Assembly: GCA_003176165.1 (NCBI GenBank)
Contig: PSRQ01000022.1
Location: 1 to 48,564, forward strand
Source of the DNA: Candidatus Cerribacteria bacterium 'Amazon FNV 2010 28 9'
GTDB lineage: Bacteria; Patescibacteriota; Microgenomatia; UBA1400; UBA12028
Length of the DNA stretch: 48,564 nucleotides
Direction: 5' to 3'
The notes under the pieces were generated by a model, which did not search any database, was not told the DNA's origin, and was given only the letters and a program-made list of their open reading frames with translations. This document shows positions 26,867 through 34,990 of this stretch, one piece after another (the first letter of the stretch is position 1; each line of letters begins with the position of its first letter). The translations under genes and the position numbers were made by a program.

Positions 26867-27109
26867 ATGGCAAGCCGAATCGTCACCAAAACGCGTAAGA
26901 GTCCATTTTTCCCTGGACAAAAAGTTCAGGTTTCGGATTCTTTGCGGCATCTTGAGCTTGAATATCATTCCAATTTGATTGATTTTCGTTGCCCAGGGGC
27001 AATGGGAAAAATGATCGGGCGCTCCACGGTTACTCCCGGAGCGGTGTTGATTCAACACATGGATGCCACTGTCGCCCTGTATATGCCGGGCGAAGTTGTT
27101 TCTTTATAA
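26867..27109 (+). CDS. hypothetical small protein (80 aa)
   Basis: ATG after AAAGGAA. The stop lies 17 nt before a strong terminator. Confidence 0.45.
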   Translation: MASRIVTKTRKSPFFPGQKVQVSDSLRHLELEYHSNLIDFRCPGAMGKMIGRSTVTPGAVLIQHMDATVALYMPGEVVSL

Positions 27110-27125
27110 GCCTTTTGGCCGCCTC

Positions 27126-27164
27126 AAGCCGTATGTCTGTTTTGTCAGATGTACGGCTTTTTTT
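27126..27164 (+). terminator. intrinsic terminator
   Basis: AAGCCGTA..TACGGCTT stem followed by T7. Confidence 0.7.
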
Positions 27165-27183
27165 GCCCCTAATCTGTCCTTAC

Positions 27184-27212
27184 TTGATTTTTACGAAGAT
27201 TTGATCTATATT
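27184..27212 (+). promoter_or_regulatory. sigma70-like promoter
   Basis: TTGATT, a 17-nt spacer, then TATATT. Same CTTGATTTTT -35 context as 26708. Confidence 0.45.
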
Positions 27213-27251
27213 ATAGGGTGTTCTTAAATCAAAAGAGTGAGGAATTGAGCC

Positions 27252-27449
27252 GTGAGCTATTCGTCGAGGTATGGTTGGGTGTTTGGCAATCCGCCAACCA
27301 ACCAATCCATGCAGACCCAAGAGATTGTAATTAAGCCCGCGCCTATGCCAGACCAGAAGCGCAAAACCTGTGCCGAACTTTTGGCAAGTCCGACGGTCTA
27401 CCATTTGACTGTCGCGGCGTCGCACAGCGGCAATTGCAACGGTTTTTAA
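27252..27449 (+). CDS. hypothetical small protein (65 aa) or non-coding transcript
   Basis: GTG start 8 nt after GAGGA, with a terminator 28 nt after the stop. Coding status is uncertain. Confidence 0.3.
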   Translation: MSYSSRYGWVFGNPPTNQSMQTQEIVIKPAPMPDQKRKTCAELLASPTVYHLTVAASHSGNCNGF

Positions 27450-27476
27450 CCATTGCACTGCCTAAATATATTTTGA

Positions 27477-27507
27477 CCCCCGGGGAAACCTGGGGGCTTT
27501 TTTTGTC
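27477..27507 (+). terminator. intrinsic terminator
   Basis: CCCCCGGG gaaa CCTGGGGG hairpin followed by T7. Confidence 0.65.
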
Positions 27508-27646
27508 TTTTTATAAGTATATCACTTTCGGCTTATAGCTCACCAGACTTGAATTATGTAAGGGGAGTGTAATACTTATCTTTTCTTATTCTATAGATGA
27601 ACCAATTCATAAGAAACGGTTCACTATGTAGTTGGGGGGCAATACT

Positions 27647-27856
27647 ATGTTGTCATCCGAAATGTTGCGGCGTGAACCAACTTTTGATGGACTAGCGGCC
27701 CAGTTGGCTGCTTCCATCGCAAGGTTAAACGCGCCTTTGTGTGTGGTCGCAGAGTCGAGGCCTCGCGAGCGAGTAACGGCGAGTGAGTTACTTGGTCGCT
27801 TGAGTCCTATGAACGTCATTCATCATACGCAACATGAAACAGTTAAGATGTCGTAA
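27647..27856 (+). CDS. hypothetical small protein (69 aa)
   Basis: ATG 27647 after a G-run. The stop lies 8 nt before a terminator. Confidence 0.35.
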   Translation: MLSSEMLRREPTFDGLAAQLAASIARLNAPLCVVAESRPRERVTASELLGRLSPMNVIHHTQHETVKMS

Positions 27857-27863
27857 TGTTTTT

Positions 27864-27889
27864 AAAACCCCCGCGCTGCGGGGGTTTTT
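27864..27889 (+). terminator. intrinsic terminator
   Basis: CCCCCGC gct GCGGGGG hairpin followed by T5. Confidence 0.7.
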
Positions 27890-27953
27890 GTATCTTCTTG
27901 TTGGAAGTGTATACTTTGAATAGTATTCGTAGGCTTCTATTGAAAATGAACGT

Positions 27954-28853
27954 ATGATTTTACTTTCTGGCTCATCAAATCAACCACTTGCAGAAAAGAT
28001 TGCCCAAGAACTTGGGATGTCCCTCGGCGCACTTGAATGTTCCACGTTTGTAAATGGTGAGCGGCGCGTGTATGTAAAAGAAAAAGTAAAAGGGCAAGAT
28101 GTGGCTATCATCCAATCTTTTTCTGATCCCGTGGATAGTCATATCATTGAATTTGCACTCATTACCGACGCGCTGTTCCGACAGGGAGCACGACGTGTCT
28201 TTGCCGTGATTCCATGGTTTGGATATAGCTTGCAAGATAAAGTGCATCGCCCCGGTGAACCGATCGCTGCCAAGGTAATCGCAAGCATGTTATCATCCCA
28301 ATCTGTTTATCGATTTGTGCTCATGAACCTACACAATAGTAGTACGACAGGGTTTTTTAGCGTCCCATCTTCGCACTTATCCTCCGATGAGGTGTTCGCA
28401 AAGGAGATGAAAAAAATCCAAGGTGATATTGTCCTCGTTTCATCTGATTTTGGTGGATTAAAGCGTGTTGGAAGATTTGCCTCTGAATACCTTAATGTGC
28501 CAATTGCCAACATAGATAAACACCGTGATTTACAAACAGGGGCAGTAACTGCTCGGTCTGTCATGGGCGATGTGAAAGGGAAAACGTGCATTATTTTAGA
28601 TGACATGATCAATGGGGGAGGGACTGTGATCGAAGCAGCGCATATCCTCAAAGAAGAAGGGGCCGTTGATGTCCAGTGCTTTGCGACACATGCGATTTTT
28701 GCAGGGGAAGCTAGTGCCAAGTTGCAAGCAAGTGAAGTATCCCGTGTAGTTGTGAGCGATACCATTGATACTTGCGCGAAATCATTTCCAAAATTGCATG
28801 TAGTGTCTGTGGCAAGTGTGTTTGCTCAGGAGTTGAAGGATTGGATTTCGTAG
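27954..28853 (+). CDS. prs: ribose-phosphate pyrophosphokinase
   Basis: Full-length PRPP synthetase similarity, including the ILDDMINGGGT PRPP loop. Confidence 0.9.
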   Translation: MILLSGSSNQPLAEKIAQELGMSLGALECSTFVNGERRVYVKEKVKGQDVAIIQSFSDPVDSHIIEFALITDALFRQGARRVFAVIPWFGYSLQDKVHRPGEPIAAKVIASMLSSQSVYRFVLMNLHNSSTTGFFSVPSSHLSSDEVFAKEMKKIQGDIVLVSSDFGGLKRVGRFASEYLNVPIANIDKHRDLQTGAVTARSVMGDVKGKTCIILDDMINGGGTVIEAAHILKEEGAVDVQCFATHAIFAGEASAKLQASEVSRVVVSDTIDTCAKSFPKLHVVSVASVFAQELKDWIS

Positions 28854-29085
28854 AATACACAGCGACCTTGCGTAGAAAATCTTCTTTTTCCTTGGGTTCA
28901 ATTAACTCATACCAAAATTCTTTCCACGGTTGAGGCATCCGCTGAAAGCTGACAATATCATCACTATTCGTATGAATAAAATGAAGCCACGCCATGATTT
29001 CGACAGGATCCAGATCTTTATGGTCGTGTGACCATTCGCTTAAAATGTATAACTCATGGGGGGTAAACGCCTTTTCATTCTTCAT
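28711..29085 (-). CDS. hypothetical protein, 3' end overlapping prs convergently
   Basis: 124-aa ORF. The first 75 aa or so look protein-like. The last 48 aa or so lie antisense to the prs 3' end. Confidence 0.35.
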   Translation of the reverse strand: MKNEKAFTPHELYILSEWSHDHKDLDPVEIMAWLHFIHTNSDDIVSFQRMPQPWKEFWYELIEPKEKEDFLRKVAVYSTKSNPSTPEQTHLPQTLHAILEMISRKYQWYRSQLHGILHLLATWH

Positions 29086-29103
29086 ATATGGTATACTAGC
29101 ATA

Positions 29104-29340
29104 CAGGCTATGGAAGAGTTCCTACCTCTTTACTCTTCGCTCGAGAGAAGCCGATGTGGACAACTCCGCCATGGCGGGGCCTAACACATCCGAGTGACAA
29201 CCGTCAGTTTGTCAAAATGAAGTTAAACAAACGGTGGTACCGTGCCGCCTCACCCCGACCCTCTCCTCGTAGAGGCGAGGGAGAGAATGCACCCGTTTAT
29301 TCACAAGGTTTTTTGTGAGTAAGCGGGTGTTTTTTTATAC
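29104..29340 (+). promoter_or_regulatory. T-box leader (tRNA-sensing riboswitch) controlling proS
   Basis: T-box core AAACGGTGGTACCGTG (GGTGGTACCG at 29233-42). Terminator CACCCG..CGGGTG plus T7 (29289-29336), whose 5' arm can instead pair with the T-box sequence. Upstream AGAGAAG. Candidate CCU specifier at 29180-82. Extended -10 TGGTATACT at 29089-97. Confidence 0.7.
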
Positions 29341-29365
29341 GCATTTGATTACAATGAAAGGAAGT

Positions 29366-31039
29366 ATGAAATACTCAAAACTGTATGGCAAGACCTCAAA
29401 AGGAGAACTTGGAGGTTCACAATTTACCAGTCATCAATTGCTCACTCGTGGTGGATTTATCCAAGAATCCACTGCTGGTCGTTATTACTTTTTGCCACTT
29501 GGATGGCGCGTGCATCAAAAAATTCGCGAGATTATCAAACAAGAGATGGATGCAATTGGGGCGCAGGAAATGATTACACCCACCCTTCATCCACTTGAAC
29601 TTTGGGAAGAAACTAATCGCACCAACTCTGTCGGATTTGAGCTCATGAAGATCCAAGATGGGCGAGGAAGTTGGTTTGCTCTAGGGGGAACAGCGGAAGA
29701 AATGTTTGTGGATAGTGTACGCACATTGCACTTGTCCTACAAAGATTTGCCATTCAATATTTATCAATTTTCCAATAAATTCCGTGATGAAAAACGCGCT
29801 CGTGGAGGATTGCTTCGTGTCCGTGAATTTATCATGAAGGATGCGTACTCATTTGATCGCGATGAAACAGCGTTTGTGGATACCTATGCACAAATGGCTG
29901 ATGTCTATACGCGAATTTTCAAACGACTTGGATTGAACACGTTAAAGGTCGAAGCCGATGGAGGGTACATTGGTGGTGACTACTGTCACGAATACCAAGT
30001 GGAATCACCGATTGGGGAAGGGCGATTTTTTGTGAGTGAAGATGGTTTGTACGTCGCACATGAGGATGTGGCGAAGTTCAAACTCGCACCAATGAATGCG
30101 GATGAAACAGTTGAGAAACTTAAAGAAGTTGATGCCGTGCGTGGAAATACCATGGAAGATGGAGTTGCATTTCACCATTTGCCACTGTGGAAACAAATGA
30201 AAGACTTCATGGTGGTTAATGAACGGAATGAATTGATCCTTGCTGTCATTCGGGGTGATTTGGATGTGAATGAAACGAAGCTCAAAAAAGTAACGGGCTC
30301 ATATCAGCTGCGCCATGCCACCGAAGAGGAGATTCGTTCAATTGGTTCAGAACCAGGATTTATCTCACCAGTTGGATTGCACGGAAAAGTGAAGATTGTT
30401 GGTGATACATCACTTCGTACCGTGATCAATTTTTATGGTGGTGCGAACGCGAAGCATCGTGATGCACTCAACATCAATATTGATCGAGATTTTAGTTGTG
30501 ACATCGAAGCTGATATTGCGATGTGTCAGGATGGATGTATTGCCGAAAATGGAAGTGTCTTGCATGAGAAACGAGGTATTGAAGTAGGCAATATTTTCCA
30601 GCTTGGGTATCACTACACATCCAAGATGAAGGGCGCAACATTTGTCGATGTAGATGGAAAAGAGAAGCCATATTACATGGGTTGTTATGGCATTGGACTC
30701 GGACGTACGATGGCTGCGATCGTGGAAAAATATGCCGATGCGCGAGGGATCATGTGGCCAAAGACGGTCGCTCCATTTGCTGTTCACCTCATTGATATTC
30801 AATCAAGTGAGCGAGGACAAGAGGTTCACAACATGTTACAAAAAGAGGGAATTGAAGTGTTGTGGGATGATCGTGATGAACGTGCTGGTGCTAAATTTGC
30901 AGATGCAGATTTGATTGGAATTCCCGTGCGCTTAGTAGTCTCTGTCAAAACAGGAGAAAAGATTGAGTACAAAGAGCGGACCAGCGGAGAGGCGCAATTA
31001 CTCACGGTTGAAGAAGTGGTCAGAAAATTGAAAGAATAA
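29366..31039 (+). CDS. proS: prolyl-tRNA synthetase (bacterial type with editing domain)
   Basis: FTSHQLLTRGGFIQ..AGRYYFLPLG and class II motifs. The start is ATG 29366 or 29354. The track start at 29315 lies inside the T-box terminator. Confidence 0.9.
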   Translation: MKYSKLYGKTSKGELGGSQFTSHQLLTRGGFIQESTAGRYYFLPLGWRVHQKIREIIKQEMDAIGAQEMITPTLHPLELWEETNRTNSVGFELMKIQDGRGSWFALGGTAEEMFVDSVRTLHLSYKDLPFNIYQFSNKFRDEKRARGGLLRVREFIMKDAYSFDRDETAFVDTYAQMADVYTRIFKRLGLNTLKVEADGGYIGGDYCHEYQVESPIGEGRFFVSEDGLYVAHEDVAKFKLAPMNADETVEKLKEVDAVRGNTMEDGVAFHHLPLWKQMKDFMVVNERNELILAVIRGDLDVNETKLKKVTGSYQLRHATEEEIRSIGSEPGFISPVGLHGKVKIVGDTSLRTVINFYGGANAKHRDALNINIDRDFSCDIEADIAMCQDGCIAENGSVLHEKRGIEVGNIFQLGYHYTSKMKGATFVDVDGKEKPYYMGCYGIGLGRTMAAIVEKYADARGIMWPKTVAPFAVHLIDIQSSERGQEVHNMLQKEGIEVLWDDRDERAGAKFADADLIGIPVRLVVSVKTGEKIEYKERTSGEAQLLTVEEVVRKLKE

Positions 31040-31194
31040 TTTTTGTACCATACCTTTTCTCAAAATCCATACTAGATTTTTGGTAACGGCGATCTATACT
31101 CATGCTCAATCCCGGTGAGGATTCCCACAACACGTGGGAAAAAACCTGCCACCACGACTCACTGTAGTTGTCGGTGGTAGGTGTGGTTACAACA

Positions 31195-31308
31195 TTGTCA
31201 TCCTCATGAAAATGAGGATCATGAAACGCTTGGATTGATCCGTTCGTTTCGGTTTGATCAGAACCTTTCTCACAAAGGGATGATCCTCGCCTGCGCGAGG
31301 ATGACAAA
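31195..31308. repeat. GTCATCC..GGATGAC MITE-like element with two internal hairpins
   Basis: TTGTCATCCTCAT gaaa ATGAGGAT ... ATCCTCGC ctgc GCGAGGATGACAA. Confidence 0.7.
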
Positions 31309-31381
31309 GAATTATGAAGCTCTTCTTTTGGACTTGCCTTTGTCTTCTCCTATACACGACGTTTTTACTTCATACCTACGT

Positions 31382-32536
31382 ATGGAAATGATAAAAAAAA
31401 TTCTTTTGGTTGGATTTATTTTTGTAGCGATTTTTCATGCGATTGGTATCCTCCTTCCCGAAACAGGATTTGATGCCCTGTGGTATCACTTACCAATCGT
31501 TAAAGACATGGCGGTTTCACGTGAAATACGCATAGTTCCAGATGTGCCTCAGTCTGATGAACCGCGCTTGGGCGAAGTCATGTTTTTGCCTTTTTTTGTT
31601 GTCGGCGGTGTCGTTGGAATAAAAATCTTCACGTTTATCGTCACGCTCGCGCTCATGTATTGGACATATCGATTGTGCCAACTATATTTACCAGATTCCT
31701 GGTCCTTGCTAACAACACTTCTTATCTTCACATTTCACACCATTGCGTGGGAAGCCACATCGGCATACGTGGATCAAATTCGCGCATTGATGGAGGTCGG
31801 GTTGCTAGTGTTTCTTCTTTCCAAATCAAAGTTGAGTTTTGCTCAACAATTGATCGCGTGTGTGTTGCTTACCGCCTCACTGCTCACAAAATCGGTGAGT
31901 GTATTATTTATTCCTGCATGGTTTGTGTTACTGTGGCAACAGTTCAACTGGAAGGTGAGTGTGACAATCGTTGGCCTTAGTTTATTTGCGCTCTTTGTAA
32001 CCCATCCATCATTTTCAATTTTTGGCTCCGCATCAAATCAGTTGATTGTTCAAACAGGAATTATTCACTACGTGACGACCCAATTGTTCTCATTCCTTGT
32101 GTTGCCACTGACACTTTCATTTCACGCTGAAAGTTATATGAGTGTCATTTTTTTGTTCGCAGTTCCATTTGTGTGGATCAATAGGAAATGGCTGTTGCAA
32201 ATATATCGCCCAGAACTCTTGTTCATCGCAGTTTCTCTGTTCACTTGGGTTTGGATTGTGCCTGTGTCGGTTCGCTACGATCTGAGTGGACTCATATTGT
32301 TGACGATTCTCTGTGTTGCAGTTGTTGTTCATTCATTTCCAAAAAATAAAAATTTGAAACAGCTATTTGCGCTGTTACTTGTTGGCAATATAACACTCAA
32401 CATGGTGATCCGCGTTGGGGCTGTAGTGAAAGCGTTGCCGTTTTTATTGGGACGGGAATCAGAAGTTGAATACATCAAACAGTATGATCAGGGGATTGAA
32501 AAGGGGCCGATTGAAAAGTGGTATGGAATTCATTAA
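31382..32536 (+). CDS. polytopic membrane protein, GT-C (ArnT/PMT-like) glycosyltransferase (tentative)
   Basis: More than 10 hydrophobic spans. ATG 31382 is preferred because the track start reads through the repeat element. Confidence 0.45.
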   Translation: MEMIKKILLVGFIFVAIFHAIGILLPETGFDALWYHLPIVKDMAVSREIRIVPDVPQSDEPRLGEVMFLPFFVVGGVVGIKIFTFIVTLALMYWTYRLCQLYLPDSWSLLTTLLIFTFHTIAWEATSAYVDQIRALMEVGLLVFLLSKSKLSFAQQLIACVLLTASLLTKSVSVLFIPAWFVLLWQQFNWKVSVTIVGLSLFALFVTHPSFSIFGSASNQLIVQTGIIHYVTTQLFSFLVLPLTLSFHAESYMSVIFLFAVPFVWINRKWLLQIYRPELLFIAVSLFTWVWIVPVSVRYDLSGLILLTILCVAVVVHSFPKNKNLKQLFALLLVGNITLNMVIRVGAVVKALPFLLGRESEVEYIKQYDQGIEKGPIEKWYGIH

Positions 32537-32580
32537 GGGTATACAATGCGAATTTATATAACTTAATAGAGGGCCCGTAT

Positions 32581-32922
32581 ATGTCGGAAATACAAACAAA
32601 AATTCATGCATATGAAGATGTTATTACAGCTTTTGAGTGGATGAGATATTACTTACCGTTGCCAAATAAATTAGAAGCGCAATTTTATGGTTCTGCTATG
32701 TGGTTTGCACTTGATTTTGCAAAAGCAGCTGGATTGACTGAAGATGAAATCGAGAATGCAAAACTCATTGGGCAATATAAAGGATTAGAACGCCAAAATG
32801 CAGACAAAGCAATAACGAATGTACCCAACGATCAATTGCAGGTTATAGTATCACCGTGGCAGTCAGAAGAAAAAGCTACGAAACCAGGAAATTTCTTAAA
32901 AAGAATATTAAGGCGAGAGTAA
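32581..32922 (+). CDS. hypothetical protein
   Basis: 113-aa ORF from ATG 32581. Confidence 0.45.
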   Translation: MSEIQTKIHAYEDVITAFEWMRYYLPLPNKLEAQFYGSAMWFALDFAKAAGLTEDEIENAKLIGQYKGLERQNADKAITNVPNDQLQVIVSPWQSEEKATKPGNFLKRILRRE

Positions 32923-32925
32923 CCA

Positions 32926-33267
32926 CTACTGTCCATCTTCCACGTTTTTCCATCCGCCCATGACATGCATGTGAATGTGGTGGACGAGTTGGACTCCTTT
33001 TCCCACATTCATGACAAGTTTGTAGTTGTCAGCGATTCCCATTTTTTGAGCGACTTTGCGCGCGATTAACAACAACTTCGCATGAAAGTGTTCATCGCTC
33101 ATGTCCACTTGCTCCAATGTCTCGTATGGTTTTTTAGGAATGACCAATACATGGACAGGAGCACTGGGATGAATATCATTGATAGCGATAAACTCATCGT
33201 CTTCGTACTGAATGGTCGAAGGAAGTTCGCGGTTGATGATTTTGGTAAAAATGGAGTCGTTTGGCAT
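32926..33267 (-). CDS. HIT family (histidine triad) hydrolase
   Basis: HHIHMHVMGG histidine triad. ATG 33267 is preferred to the track start inside the MITE-like repeat. Confidence 0.85.
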   Translation of the reverse strand: MPNDSIFTKIINRELPSTIQYEDDEFIAINDIHPSAPVHVLVIPKKPYETLEQVDMSDEHFHAKLLLIARKVAQKMGIADNYKLVMNVGKGVQLVHHIHMHVMGGWKNVEDGQ

Positions 33268-33280
33268 AACTTCTTTTTCT

Positions 33281-33375
33281 TTGTCATTTCGAGCGAAGTC
33301 GAGAAATCGCTTTCGGATTTTTCCTGAAAGTGATCTCTCCACTGCCAAGATTACTTGGCGCGGTCAAGATGACAA
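33281..33375 (-). repeat. MITE-like element, inverted copy of 10178-10283
   Basis: Its reverse complement aligns with 10178-10283, sharing TTGTCATCT.GACCG.GCCAAGTAATCTTGGCAGTGGAGAGATC. Confidence 0.75.
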
Positions 33376-33382
33376 TGCTATT

Positions 33383-34252
33383 TTATTCTTTGTTTAAATC
33401 TTTTATCATATCCACGATCCGATCGAGCGAAAGTGGGGAAGGGACATCCACTTTTGATTTGCTGCTGCCGTTGAGCAGCATCGTTTTACTGGGGTGAAAA
33501 TACCATGTCCCGATCGTGTCTTCTCGCTTAATCTGCTCATATAGAGGTGTTAAATCAATCTGTTTCCCAGGAATTGCTTTGATGCGGACATTACCATGCT
33601 CCGCGTTTTTACGAACAACTACTATGAATCCTTGCTTTTGTGCAAGTTTAATCGTCTCATCATTTTTACTTTCGATTGCTAATGCTTTGCCCCAGGGACT
33701 TTTGAACGGTCGCCCCTTTTGTTCGAGTTCGTGATAGGCTTCGACTTGTTGGGTTAGGACTGCATAGGCGCTATCCAGGCAAGTAAACCCGAAGTTCAAT
33801 TGCGCTAGATCATCGCTTGCGCCTGATAACCGCACTCCTTCGATGAGGTTTTGAAGAAGTAGTTGATACTTCATGTCATCCGCCTTGTCCCAAAAAACTT
33901 CTTCGAAGTGGTCAATGGTATTGACGTAATCGGCCAAAAAGAAGAGAGCCTCATCTTTAGCTAATTCAGGATGAAGCGTACACACATAATCGTATGCGAG
34001 TGTCGTCGCGCAGACACGTTGAAGACCTCGCTCTGGTTGATGGTGGTCAAAGGGACCAAGACCTGTATCCACATGGGTGATATCTTCGCGGGCGAATCCT
34101 AGGTCAGCCGCAGTACGTAGGTCAATCGTTTCGCCTGGGTTAACAAAGTCGATCTTCGCATCTGCATACGTTTCTGCATCAAAACGCTTGAGCATCCAGC
34201 AACTACCAATAGCGTCTAGATCTGGAGAATGGTGAGTGACGAGAAGTTTCAT
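33383..34252 (-). CDS. DHH-superfamily-like phosphoesterase (tentative)
   Basis: HHSPDLDAIGS, VDTG and FDHHQ motifs in DHH order. Confidence 0.55.
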   Translation of the reverse strand: MKLLVTHHSPDLDAIGSCWMLKRFDAETYADAKIDFVNPGETIDLRTAADLGFAREDITHVDTGLGPFDHHQPERGLQRVCATTLAYDYVCTLHPELAKDEALFFLADYVNTIDHFEEVFWDKADDMKYQLLLQNLIEGVRLSGASDDLAQLNFGFTCLDSAYAVLTQQVEAYHELEQKGRPFKSPWGKALAIESKNDETIKLAQKQGFIVVVRKNAEHGNVRIKAIPGKQIDLTPLYEQIKREDTIGTWYFHPSKTMLLNGSSKSKVDVPSPLSLDRIVDMIKDLNKE

Positions 34253-34297
34253 GGTAGTTCTATGGTACTACAAGACAAAGGATGATTCCAGAGGTTG

Positions 34298-34367
34298 AAG
34301 AAACACAGAACAAGAGTTAAGAGGTAGGAAGTAAGAATCTTAACTCATAACTCTTATCTCTTAAATC
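34298..34367. repeat. ten tandem heptamers forming a self-complementary arm pair
   Basis: AAGAAAC ACAGAAC AAGAGTT AAGAGGT AGGAAGT AAGAATC TTAACTC ATAACTC TTATCTC TTAAATC. GAGTTAAGA / TCTTAACTC form a 9-bp stem. Confidence 0.7.
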
Positions 34368-34505
34368 AGTAGTGGGTCAGTTTGAAAGTCGTTTGCTGTG
34401 CTCTCAAAAGAAGTATACACTAAATGTGATACAATTCTGTTTTCTTGCTCATTAAAAAGTCACATACTGGGTCGGCGAAGAAATATCATTTCTCCAAGTA
34501 AAACA

Positions 34506-34646
34506 CTACTTGGAAACTGGTTTGTTAATTTTAATACGTTCTGTTTCTGTTGTACGTTGATGCTTAGCTGCATAAGATTCCGTTACGAATCTACCAGTGA
34601 CAGCACTTCGATTTACAACAATTGTTATTTTTTTTGTTGTTGCCAT
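34506..34646 (-). CDS. small basic protein (46 aa), not in the ORF track
   Basis: MATTKKITIVVNRSAVTGRFVTESYAAKHQRTTETERIKINKPVSK. RBS GGAAAGGAGA lies 8 nt upstream. Confidence 0.5.
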   Translation of the reverse strand: MATTKKITIVVNRSAVTGRFVTESYAAKHQRTTETERIKINKPVSK

Positions 34647-34747
34647 AATTATTCTCCTTTCCATAAGATTTCCGAAGAAAGACGGATAGAAGAAGATAAT
34701 GCCAACCCAGCGTGTAACTTTTCAATGTAATTTCCTTTGTTCTATAC

Positions 34748-34773
34748 AAAAAAGCCACCTTCGGTTTGGTGGC
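34748..34773 (-). terminator. hairpin terminator downstream of the transposase
   Basis: GCCACC ttcggttt GGTGGC hairpin with an A6 run on the plus side, which is a T-run on the minus strand. Confidence 0.5.
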
Positions 34774-34990
34774 GTTGTTTCTTTTCTCCCTGTCTCACGG
34801 CAAAAATAAAGGTCACGGCACATATCCGATGTCTTGGCTAAAAATGTTTACTTGTTAAAGATCTATAAAAAAACTCCCTTCAGGTGGTGCCGTGCCGTGC
34901 ATTGGTAGCAGCGACACCTGAAGAGAGTCTTCAACGCACATTCAAACCTGGTTCATTTTCATGAACAACTCAATCTACCACGAAAACAAT

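Noticed and set aside
27180-27458. 92-aa minus-strand ORF in the secF-prs gap.
   Set aside because: It runs against the plus-strand promoter and terminator signals, and its translation is Arg/Trp-rich. The plus-strand unit is the better model.
31181-31381. Track ORF starts that extend real genes upstream (also 33268-33348, 20586-20642, 45843-45914, 25717-25806, 29315-29365).
   Set aside because: The extensions are read-through of repeat elements, heptamer arrays or the T-box terminator. Internal ATGs that fit the conserved N-termini were used instead.
34398-34730. 110-aa plus-strand ORF in the transposon left part.
   Set aside because: It has a Cys/Phe-rich odd composition and no RBS. The opposite strand carries a 46-aa ORF with a good RBS.
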